NCBI GenBank assembly: GCA_000165345.1
Contig: CM000431.1
Coordinates: 768,001 to 832,000 of the forward strand
Direction: 5' to 3'
DNA: 64,000 bases
The notes below the pieces were generated by a model that saw only the letters and a program-made list of their open reading frames with translations, made no database searches and was not told where the DNA came from. Position numbers and translations under genes: made by a program. This document shows positions 29,010-40,300 of the stretch, piece by piece. Numbering within the stretch: position 1 is the stretch's first letter; the number at the start of each line of letters is the position of its first letter.

Positions 29010-30977
29010 TTATGATTCCTGTATCGTTTGTAGCATTGGCCAAATAAATGCCTCCAACTGGTTTGCATACTTCGTATAAATTGTATTTTTTGCATTGTAA
29101 AATCTGCAGTTATCAAACATTCTTTTAAGCTCGCTGCTAAACTCAGATAATGTCTTATATTCTTTATTTTTAGCTTTACGCTTCATAGTTTGGATATCAG
29201 TAGGTTCTTTAATAATCTCATAGTAGTCTGATGCTTCCCCTATGCTAACTGGTTTTCTAAACGGCCATGCATTTTCATGCCTTGATAGGGTATCAAGTAA
29301 CTGCCAAATTTGATCGTTCATAGAGAGGTCAACCTTAGATTGCTCGACAGGATCAATTATCTTTTCTACCCAACCAACCTCTAAAACACCAGGTATATCA
29401 CTGGGCTTTATTTTTTTTGTGTTTATGTTTAAATCATTCTCTGGTTTGGTATCTATAATTGGAGTAAAATCTTCAGCACAAGGGTCATTTTGGAAATTTT
29501 TAGCTGGATCACCATCATTCATTGGTTCAGATATAGTTGATTCAATATTTTTTTGATCACTAGTTAACTCAATATTTAAATCTTTCTTGACCATACTTTC
29601 GTCTCCATTTTCCCATAAATTGATACCTGGATAGACCTTTAAAGGTCTAATAGTATTAATAGCCCTTAACAATGCAGATTTTTGCTCATGGAAAAGATCG
29701 GATAATCTCAAATAATTAATCTCTGGATTAATATAACACTCCATTAAAGTACCACCGTCATAATCTTTAATATATCCAAACCATCTTTCTTTTGGCATAC
29801 TAACCTCTTTTCTGAAACCTTGTTTTCTGAAATAACCCGTGGCAAAGTTATCTGCATATGTTAAAAAGTATTCTATTTTGCTTTTCTTGACATGCTGCTT
29901 TAAATGGTTCATTAATCTTGTACCATAACCTTTAACCTGCTCAGTACTAGTTACAGCTAAAAACGCAATTTCAGCAAATCTTTGCTCGAAGTACGGGCGA
30001 AAACATACTCCACCGATTACTTTTCCTTTCTTCAGCAAACAGAAAGAATAATGGTTTCTGTCAAAAATCAGTCTAACTATATATTCTCTTGGCATTTTCG
30101 GTAATTGCCTTGCGAAAACATTTTTTAATGCAATAAGTTTAACAAGATGTTCTGGCTCTCTATCATTGGTAATACATTCAAATGAAATAATACCCAGAGC
30201 TTCTTCCTTTGCACTACCACTATCTCTATGAAGAAAGCCCAATCCAGTTTCAGACAATAGACTGGACTGTAGAGTTTCATCATCAGAAATATACCTAAGA
30301 TGGTCCCATGCTTGCCTTTTCAAATGATCAATAGATTCTTTGGAAGCGATGCCACATGCTACGCACAATTTAATAGCAAACTTCATGCAAATAGCCTTAC
30401 TTAAGTTGCTTTTTAACGCAAATTTAGTAAATATTCCCGAAGTTTCAATATCATTAAGAATTACTCCAATATTTGTAAGCAATAAGGACTTTAAAAATGA
30501 AAGTTTAAACATTTCACAGACTTTTCTACCTGCAGGGGAATCTCTCTTGAGAAACAGCTTCCAAGAATTGTAGTTATTTTCATAATTTTCATCAGGCAAA
30601 TAGTTCATAACAAAGCTCTTTACACTTGCTCTTTCATCTTTTTTAATAGTTGGAAATGGACCCCGTTCGCGAGCTTCAATACTGAGCCATTGCTGAATAT
30701 TAATAATAGAAAGTACTGCTGAAAATATCTCCTCTAAAGTTACCTTAAAAATTCGGATTAATTCATTATTTAAATCTCCTTGTTCGTTGGATAACTTCAG
30801 GAATTCAACAAAACCAAAGTTGTTACATAATTTTAATAATTTTGGATCGGAGTAATCTCTATATATTCCTTCCAAGTAGTCCTTGTTAATATTTTCTACG
30901 ACTAAGGGCGAAAATTCTTCGAAGATAATTGTGCGGATCCCCCTATCAATGCTGGCATTTGCCTCTTCAATAAACAT
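29010..30977 (-). CDS. GCN5: GCN5-type histone acetyltransferase (GNAT HAT domain plus C-terminal bromodomain) with an N-terminal extension of about 300 aa
   Basis: HAT core IAFLAVTSTEQVKGYGTRLMNHLKQHV. Bromodomain WPFRKPVS...DYYEIIKEPTDIQTMKRKAKNKEYKTLSEFSSELKRMFDNCRFYNAKNTIY. Long non-conserved N-terminus. Confidence 0.9.
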   Translation of the reverse strand: MFIEEANASIDRGIRTIIFEEFSPLVVENINKDYLEGIYRDYSDPKLLKLCNNFGFVEFLKLSNEQGDLNNELIRIFKVTLEEIFSAVLSIINIQQWLSIEARERGPFPTIKKDERASVKSFVMNYLPDENYENNYNSWKLFLKRDSPAGRKVCEMFKLSFLKSLLLTNIGVILNDIETSGIFTKFALKSNLSKAICMKFAIKLCVACGIASKESIDHLKRQAWDHLRYISDDETLQSSLLSETGLGFLHRDSGSAKEEALGIISFECITNDREPEHLVKLIALKNVFARQLPKMPREYIVRLIFDRNHYSFCLLKKGKVIGGVCFRPYFEQRFAEIAFLAVTSTEQVKGYGTRLMNHLKQHVKKSKIEYFLTYADNFATGYFRKQGFRKEVSMPKERWFGYIKDYDGGTLMECYINPEINYLRLSDLFHEQKSALLRAINTIRPLKVYPGINLWENGDESMVKKDLNIELTSDQKNIESTISEPMNDGDPAKNFQNDPCAEDFTPIIDTKPENDLNINTKKIKPSDIPGVLEVGWVEKIIDPVEQSKVDLSMNDQIWQLLDTLSRHENAWPFRKPVSIGEASDYYEIIKEPTDIQTMKRKAKNKEYKTLSEFSSELKRMFDNCRFYNAKNTIYTKYANQLEAFIWPMLQTIQES

Positions 30978-31470
30978 TAAATAGCAAATTCGAACTGCCT
31001 AAAAATATCTACGATAAGATGAGTTGTTTTTTCTCTGCCAAGTTAAGAATTGATTTTTATAAACGATATAGAAAAAATATTCTGAAAATTGCGTAAAAAA
31101 AACCCGCCATTAGTTCGGTCAAAGGCAACAAACAAACACAACGAGATAATGGTGAAGATTTGACTAGAAATTAAGCGAAGTCTGCAATATCATTCCTCAT
31201 ATTATGTCTAATTTATGATCGCTCTCATTTAACTATAAGCATCTCAGAAATAATAACTGAATTCAATTATATTATAAGGTAAATTAACGTAGCTTTTAGA
31301 TATTATGTATCAATTAAATTGTCAAGTAAGATTCCCCAAATCCTCATGAGGTTTTCAATTCTCGGAGACCACCATTTTGAGAGTTAGAATAAACTCCAAC
31401 ATTAATTTATTAAATTGACATGTTTGTGTCTACTTTGATTTTTTCTAACTTTGGTGTATTTATTACTTTC

Positions 31471-32739
31471 CTAGTTGATAAGATACTCAACAGAAATAAC
31501 TTTTGATTTGTTACCAACAAGGTCGCTATCTGATATAATAGTCTTATCCCCATTCAAAGCTTCTACCTTAATAATGTCCTTGTTAATATCAATGACTTCT
31601 TGAGAACCAATTTTTTCGCGTGTTTGATTTGATGAAATAGGGGCAGATGGATGCGAGATACCCACCAGTTCATTCTCAGGTGATGAAATATTATCTTCTT
31701 GGTTAACTTGCTCAGCGTTAATTGGCTTAATACCTAATGTATGAACAATCCTTAATTCATCGTCAATACCAAGTAATTCTTGGATAATTAATGGATGCAA
31801 AGTTGAAGAACCAATTCTAAATGTATTTGGTGATGAAACATATTCATTGCCAAGAACATCTTCAACTTGCTTGATAAATTCCCTAGCAATATCCAACGAA
31901 CTAACACCTCCTTGAAGTTTTATACCTACTTTGCGCTTCTGTAAATATCGCAACCTATTTGGAAGGATTAGAGTTCCTTTAACAAAGCTCTCATCATAAT
32001 GAGCTTGTAATCCCTCCAAAACCTCTTCATCGTCACCAGCAGCAATTTCTTTATCACAGGGAGATTCTCCTTCGATGGAAGATTTTACTTCTATAAGAAG
32101 TTGTTTTAGATCTTGACTATTTAATCCTTTTTTAACTTTTCCTGTACATGTTACAATAAAATCAGCACCACCAAGAATTGCACATCTAACCAATGACGAT
32201 AATCTAGATGCTTCGTTGATTTCACCTATTTCTAGTACTACCTTCAATAATATGTTTGGGCCAATCAATGATTTTACACGTGCAATTTCATTTATTACCT
32301 TCTCCATCTGCTGTAATAGCAATTGATGTGTATATTTGTATAACATTGGGTATATAAAGCTCCTGAAGTAGAATATTAATGGCTCAAATTAATATAAACA
32401 TGAATTAACTTACCTATAATCAACAACATATTCGATTTCATGTACTTTGTAATACTCAACTGCATTATATATTTCAGCATCAATAGCCTCCGAGCAGCCA
32501 TCACCTCTTGGCCAAGCTACAACAGTGGATAATGCTGTGCTGCTATTTTCAGGTAGTGAATGTTTGACAGATGGAATAAATTGCGGATAGGTTGAAATAG
32601 AAACAGGAGCTAAAAGTTGATCTGAAGATGCCTCTCTTATTGCATTCTTCAATAATTTATTGTTCATTTCCGAAGTGTAAAGTGTAAGCTCACAAACATT
32701 TGCAACCTTTCTTAAAAATTCTTTTTGATCTTCTTTCAT
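31471..32739 (-). CDS. Deoxyribose-phosphate aldolase (DeoC/DERA)-like class I aldolase, 2 exons (32414..32739, 31471..32362)
   Basis: The two track ORFs are joined in frame by a 51-nt intron (32363..32413, GTAAGT...TTCAG; the ORF-1 stop codon is the TAA inside GTAAGT). The product contains GGADFIVTCTGK (compare the DeoC active-site region GADFIKTSTGF), GIKLQGGVSSLDIAREFI and VAWPRGDG. Confidence 0.7.
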
Positions 32740-32974
32740 ATTTTGGAGTTGGTAAATCTTCTAATGATAAAAATACTTTTTTTTTTGTATTAATATAAAA
32801 ACTTTGGTCTACCCTAAATTATTTGGAAATCCAAGCCTATTTATTGAGCTTGATACTATCTGTTGAAAACCAAATATTTAATACTTTAGCCTTCACACAG
32901 GTTTCTCAGGAAACCGTATTATTTATTAATATAAAAATTATTTAAATAATAAATTATATAAATAAGCAAATAAA

Positions 32975-33032
<58 letters not shown>

Positions 33033-33857
33033 AAGAATTATAAAGCAAACATGCACACTATGCGCAACAACATGTCTCCTGCAGCTAGTGTTTTTTATTT
33101 TCAAAGATTCAAGCCGCAATGTAAGAAATTCGAAAATTAATACAATAAGTAAACATTAACTGTAAACAGATGGATTAGTTATAACAAAACTACTTTTATA
33201 GTAATATGTAAACCATAATTTCAATCTATTTTTTGGTATTTATAGAAAATGTACTAATTTCTGGCGCTCACATGTCACAATTCACTTTCAATTATTGATT
33301 CTATTGTATGTGAGAATTGGAAATTTGAAACTATTTCAGATGTATCCATACTTGAGAAGTAGTTTGACATTGCAGTTGCTGTTTTATAAGAATTTATGTT
33401 CATTGAACAATCAGAGTTATTGTCTTCTATTCCACCATCGCACTCGACATCTATTGCTTCACTTTTACTTTGAAAATTTATATCTATAGTGTTATTTGTC
33501 TTACTTAACATATCTATGGGGTCCACTCTCCAATAATTGAATGAATTATACTAAGGGAAAGAGTTAATAAAAGAAAGTCAATGGAACTATTCACAAATAA
33601 ACACATTGATATTTAGAAATCAAGTTCAAATTCATTAAAAAATTAGATTAAGAGAGATAGATCGAAATAAAACACTACCAAAATTTATTTCATCAGTCTA
33701 TCGTGTTTAATCCTATTTTCAATGATTTCACATTGCTTTTATATAGAATTTGAACCCAATAGTCTAATATGATCATGCTTACAATTTCAAGTGTTTATTT
33801 GTAAGAATAGTAGCAACATAACTGAAATGAGAATGGTAGCAGTAACTTTCCCTAATC

Positions 33858-35896
33858 TTAGACAATAATTTGATCCCGATCAATATTTTCTAAGTTACAG
33901 GTGCATGTCAACCAGTCACAGCCTCCATCTAAAGCAGAATGTTGCAGTAGTTTATATTTTCGACGAACCTGATCATCCAAAATATCCAATTGATTGTCAT
34001 CATTCTCAATAAAATTGCATGTATCTTTGTTTAAATTATTTTTTGTAGATTCGCTAAGCGGTGGGAACATATATTCAACTATTTCTGATAGAGTCTCGTA
34101 TCTAAAATTGAGGTTAATATTTTAAGAAAAAACAAAATATTGTGAACTTACGTTTTTGCATAGGTCTTATTTATATGATGTATCACCCCTTTTGGATCTA
34201 TTATGAAAATTTTTCCTTCGGGAATTCCTACATGAGAATATGAACGATAGTCGGTATCTCGATTTCCAAATCCGGCATAAAGGGGGTTTCTATAAATTGG
34301 GAACAAGTTTCGGATATCTCTCAAGGCAGCAATTTTGAAAATATATGGCTTTCTATCTATTACTTCTCTCTTAAATGATGGAAAGAGTCGATCAGGAGAC
34401 AAAAAAACAGGTCCATCCGGTAAAGTTACATTACCAGAATTTCCTACCTGCTTCAACCCAAATAAAAAGTCACGGGTTGCATCCGCTTGACCAATCGCCC
34501 TAGCAGTTAAGTAAACAATTTTGTAGCCATTGGATTCAATATTAGTCATAAGTTCCGCTACACCCTGGTGTGACCAATCTCTCCCAACAATTGGCATAAG
34601 CTGCCCCAATACATCCGAGCGTGTAATTGTGCCATCTACATCTGATACTACAATCCTCGAATCAGGAGGCCAAAGATAAATAGTCCCACTTACAGTCTTC
34701 CTACCCTGTAAAGAAGACTCAACAGTATAAGTTACTCGATTTGCGCCCCATTTCAAATTCATGCTTTTCAATTGGTCAGATGTTGGTCTCAAAGAGTGTC
34801 TGAGGTACTTAACTGGAGGTTTTGATCTGCATAAGTATATGCAATTTGGTGTGTTAGTTGGATTATCCATTCTTAATAAATTTGGAGAACTTGATATGCT
34901 TTCAATACTTTCAAATGAAGATACTTCACAATTGTCAACAGAAACAGGCGCTGTAAGACAGCCTTGAATATGAGATTTAGAAGAAAGTGGCAATGTTGAT
35001 GAGAGGCACCTATTTGCACGGTGGTTCCCACTAATGTGATCAAAGTTAGAGTCAATAATTCCACAGTCTGAAGATGAGCGGATTTTTTTGGAGCTTTTTT
35101 CGGGTATTCCTAAGAACTTCTTCAATGCTTGCGTTGATGGAGGCTTGCCAAATGCAATTATTGATGTAATTACTGGATAAAACGCTTTAATTGGATAATA
35201 AGGAGGCTTTCCATCTATAACTGCAACTAGGCACGAATGATACCAAAGGTCTGGATCATTTTCGAACTGTTCAAAGGAGATAATATTACTTTGAAATACA
35301 TATTCATCATGTCTTGAGTCTTCCTCACCTCCATATAGTAAGTGACCACAGAGAGATAGCGTAATGTTGTATCTCTGAAAAACTTCATTTATATTTTGAA
35401 TATTTTCATTTTCAGTTTCTATATTTGTGAAATTTGAAGGGTCAGTACTATCTGTCTTATTTCTATACTCGACAGTAGTTTCAAATGACTTAGCATGGGA
35501 TATATTTAAACTTGAATTATTTGCTGGCTGTGAAGGCGTACTAATTTCCACATCACTTGGCGATGATTCACGGGAATCCGTTGGAGAAGAAATGTTTTCA
35601 AAACTATCTTCAGGGGGATCATCTTGGTGAATAAAGTATGCCTCGCCCGCAGCTCCTAACTTCATTTTTAATGGGATATCATTCCCATTAACATTAATTG
35701 AGACATGTTTCTCTCTACTTTTAAGTAACTTTGCTTTACCAAATCTAACATGGAAAGGAGTGCTATGAAGTGTTCCGTCCGCCTGAGGTACCACAATGAT
35801 ATCAATACATCCGCTTAAGGTTGCTTGGTTTATGTCCAATACTGAGCTAACCGAGCTTACGATCCTTCCCCACATCTTCTTACTAAAAAAATACAA
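33858..35896 (-). CDS. Lipin/PAH1-family phosphatidate phosphatase, 2 exons (34152..35896, 33858..34101)
   Basis: [61 protein letters not shown]-type catalytic motif [14 protein letters not shown] (DxDGT) with the LNS2/C-LIP region. A 50-nt intron (34102..34151, GTAAGT...TTTTAG, branch-like TATTAAC) joins the 70-aa downstream ORF in frame. Confidence 0.8.
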
Positions 35897-36405
35897 ATTA
35901 ATTCATATTATTATATATTTTGACACTATAAATCAGGATATGAAGCTCAATATCCAAATTAGTTCAATAATAGATTAGATAATAATCAGCTTGATTATAG
36001 GCGAGAATGCACAAATTGGTATATTCTGGCCTAATTAGATTGCTATTTCCTCATGAAATATCAATTAATCAAATATTTTTGGCGCTCAAATCAAAGGAAA
36101 ATGTTGGGGAGGGGAGAATCAAACAAAATTTTTGTTATAGAAAATTATTATGCATAATTATGTGGCTAGGTTAACTAATTCCTTGTAAAACCTCGGGTAT
36201 TGCTTTACCTATGTAGAATTGTGGAGATATTGTCTAAACATACACATTTTCTAATACATGAGTACTTAAGGACGTTAGGATCTAAACTGATAACTTAACG
36301 CTATTTTTTTCTTCATAAATTACATTATTTACTTTTTAGACGTTTCTTTTTCAATGTTTTTAGTTACTAATTAAAATAAAAGCGCCATTTTTTTTTGTTT
36401 GCTCA

Positions 36406-37374
36406 GTGTTTGCGAATACTATTCACAAATTCATGCAATCGAAAAAAATAGAATTACATGATACAGACTCGAATGCACCCTTGTTACCATACTTAAGGAG
36501 GCTATTCAATACACTAAATAGAGAAATATGTTTATTCTACCTTCCATTAAATTTACCTTGCATGTACTCAGTTCCTTTTATAGAACAAGAACATTTAATT
36601 AAAAACCTATCAAGCGCTGACAACATTGATATATCTAGTTCAAAAAAAAGCTTTAACAGAAATAACAAGGTAGAGTTAATTAAGAGTCTCTATGTATATA
36701 GACACTCAAAAGAGTTTTGTTATATTGAAAGCTGCATTGATAGTGTGAGAGTTAGTCTTAAGTTCTACTTTAAATGCGAATTTGAAAGAAGATTGTTCAA
36801 TCAGCTAACGATTTTTATGAAGAAGAATTCAGATTATTTGCAATTAGTGAGAAAAAAATCGATTGAAGGATTTGATATTAGCTTTTTAATTACAAACCAC
36901 ATTTTAAATTCATACAACAATAAGATTTGTATAAGTAATAAAAGTAACTATGATGGCCAAATGGGTAAATATGATGTGATTCATTTTATTTTGAAATTTG
37001 TTGTTGATATTGATAGACAAATTCAAGACAAAATGCTTCAATCAACATATTTCTCGAGATATTATATTAGAAAACTACTTCAAGAATTCAATGTTAATGT
37101 TTTATATAAGCAGAATAGCATCAATATTCCTAAACATAAAAAACAATTAGATGAAACAAACAAATCGGAAATAAAAGGAATAGATCCTAACAAAGCTGAA
37201 ATAAGTATCAGTGAGAAAAATAATAATTTATTAGAGACTAAAAAGAGCCTAACATCTACGAAAAATATCAATTCAGGAAGTATAGCAACTCAATTAAATG
37301 ATTCAATAGGCCGAGATGCTATTGTGCTGAAAGCACTGAAAACTAGGAATCGAATAAAAAATTTAATTAACTAA
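36406..37374 (+). CDS. Hypothetical protein (about 320 aa). The track start is a GTG; the first ATG is about 36433.
   Basis: Uninterrupted ORF with a K/N-rich C-terminus. Its stop overlaps the stop of the convergent GCN2-like gene by 4 nt. No domain recognised. Confidence 0.45.
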   Translation: MFANTIHKFMQSKKIELHDTDSNAPLLPYLRRLFNTLNREICLFYLPLNLPCMYSVPFIEQEHLIKNLSSADNIDISSSKKSFNRNNKVELIKSLYVYRHSKEFCYIESCIDSVRVSLKFYFKCEFERRLFNQLTIFMKKNSDYLQLVRKKSIEGFDISFLITNHILNSYNNKICISNKSNYDGQMGKYDVIHFILKFVVDIDRQIQDKMLQSTYFSRYYIRKLLQEFNVNVLYKQNSINIPKHKKQLDETNKSEIKGIDPNKAEISISEKNNNLLETKKSLTSTKNINSGSIATQLNDSIGRDAIVLKALKTRNRIKNLIN

Positions 37375-40300
37375 TCATTCATACAATAAAAATCTATAAG
37401 AAATTGTACTAACCTACATTCATTGTCAAGAATTATTTCCAAATTATTCGAGTTGCTTGAACCTGGGTAATTACTAATAAACTCTTTAGCATAAATAGTC
37501 AAGTTTGAATCAGAAGAAAAACACCATTCTATTTTGTACTTAATTTCTGAATATAAAATTGGATTGTTTTGATTATCAGTCAAGTATGAATTATTCACTA
37601 AATTTGAAAGTGCTAGATTATTTGCTTGATATGGCAAATACGAGGATTTGTTTGAAGAGTTCATTGATACATGTCTTCTATTGTCGCCAAAACTCCCACG
37701 AACTATTTGTACAATCCAGTGCAATAAAGGAAATCTACTCTTTATATGATTTTTCTGCTTTATAGTATCTACATTATTTAAAGAAATATTTCTCTGGCAT
37801 TTTATCCCCTTTAATAACAATAGCTGTCTTAATTTAAAAGACTTAACTTGATACTTGGTATTATTATTTAAAATGAATACATGAATTCCAGAATTTAAAA
37901 GCAATTCACAATTGCTAGTTAAGCCTACATTTACTAAAGGGATGATCATCTTAAACTTTGTGTTTCTGAGGATTTTATATATTATTCTTTCGAGTACTAT
38001 TTCGAATCCTACTGCCGAAATCCTATCATTGTTTTTTATTGAGCTATAATTCTTAAAAAATATTACTTTATTGGTATTGGCACTAATATACCAATTATCG
38101 AACCTTCCTCCTTTGACGAGTAGCTCAACATTTGATTGCTTTAAAGAAGCATACGAGGAATTAATATGGTTCAAACTATACCTATTTTCAAATATTAAAT
38201 CCATTATGCAGCCCACTTTACAAATTGGTATATTTTGTGAACAACTAAATGAAGATTCTGCATTTTGGTTGTTTTGATCACTAGAAGTTTCACCTGAAAA
38301 AATATAGAAAAAAAAACCTGATTCAAAAAAATTATTGTTTGAAAATAATATTGGATCAAAAAATATTTTTGTAATACCCAAATTAGTGTTGTTTAATAAA
38401 TTGTTGAATAAAAATATTCTATATATAACCTTCAGTAAATTAGGAGTAAATAATTCTGGATTTATCAATATTTCATTTTGATTTAGCATTTTTTCTTCAC
38501 TAAAATTGTCTGTTGTTTTAAAGTTCAATGCAAGACTGTTATTATAGCCTTTATTATTTACTAAGTTTATAAAAAGCGGATATCTTGTAACTTTCGCTAA
38601 TTCCTTGAAAAACTCATTTTTGCAAGTGATGATAAATTTTTTCTTTTCTATTTCAAACAAGTTGGAAACTTCATTTGTACCCTTATTAATTATTTCAATA
38701 AAATCATGTATTGAACCCTTGAAATCATTTATGATATATAAAATATATTCTACCACTTTTTCTAAAATTGAAGGGTATGATAATATTTTTAATCCAATGT
38801 AATATTTTAAAATTGGTTCTGGAAGCTCAGATTTAATTATATTTGATCCTTCAATTTCACGATCAAAATTGTAACTGTTTACGAACTCTGCAAGAGAAAT
38901 TAATGTGATTTTTTGTAAAAAATTGAGTAATTTCACTCTTGAAATTCCTATTGGAATTAAATTATGTAACCAAATCTGAATATATTTTGCCTTTTCATAC
39001 TTGATTCCAACCCAACTTTCCAACAATGAAATAAATAGCTGAGAATCTCCCCAAACTAAAATTGGTTGTCCAATGAACCTCTCATAAGGCTTAAGCGTAT
39101 CTAATGCTGTAATTATAATTTCAATATCATAATAAATTACAATATTATAATACCACATTGGAGAAATGTTTAAATTGCCACTAATATTTTGAACTTCAAT
39201 AGGAAATTCAATGAAATTGCTAATGCTATCAAATTCTTCAATAACACGATCGTTTATTTTTACTACAATCTCGTATGTTCCAAAAAGCAATTCTTTAGGA
39301 TGGCCGTGAGTCGTTGCGTATTTATTATTATTCGTATCCAAATTAATTAAATTATCCTGAGTATAAATTGAATCTATATAAAATCTTTTAATTACAGCTC
39401 CCATTCTTAATCCATGCCCATCCCCTAGTTGTGCAGACATATTTTTTAAAATATTATTGCATAGTACAAGAGGATTTCCGCTTCTATCTAGAAGTATAAC
39501 TCTTAAGGGGTTTTCGGAAATGGCTATGCTCTCGCTTAACTCACTATCGTCTTTGCTATTTTGTGAATTTTTCTTAGAGAAGTGCTTTCTCCCTTTTTTA
39601 TGTTTTTGTTGGGACTCAATTTCACATCTTTCATTAGTAGATAAAATTAAATAATCGAGATCAAAGTTAACTTTTCTTTCATTGCAGTTGATCTCATTCT
39701 GAGTTTTCTCATCAATAATTAAATTCTTATTGGTACTTTTTGGAAACAAAATGGGAATACCAACTTCAGTTGCACCATGTGTTTTGAAAATATTCTTTAT
39801 ATAAGAAATTAATTCGGATCTTTTCTTATAATAATGATGGTGATTTATTAATATATTATTTGATTGGAATGGGTAGATCCTATACCCAGAATTGTTTAGT
39901 TGAAAGGAGAAATATGAAAAGGATGCATTGCTTCGATAGAGTTGTTTGTCCAATGATCTTTTTTCAATTGAAAATAATGTAGAGAGTATTTGAATATTCT
40001 CGTGAATATATGGGTTCCTGCTAATAATATCGCATATCTTTTGAGAACTATATCCTTTTGCGCCATTTAAGTCAATATCGGTTGCACCTATAACTAGGTC
40101 TTCTGAATTCAAATAAAATTTCGTTTGTTTCAAAATCCATTCATTGTAAAGAAGCTGATAAGATGTAGGCCTTTCTTCTGGATTGTGGCTTAATAATGAC
40201 TTAATAAGCGCTCGAACTTTATTGGGAATATTACAATTGTTGGGAATAGTTCCATATTTGGTTAATTGAGTAAGTATCTGCACTCTTTCCATTCCTGTAT

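Noticed and set aside
33275-33526. 83-aa acidic/S-rich ORF between the microsatellite and lipin
   Set aside because: It could be a real small gene, but it has no recognisable motif and shows low-complexity composition. I could not link it by splicing to the lipin or DeoC-like genes. I left it uncalled for lack of support.
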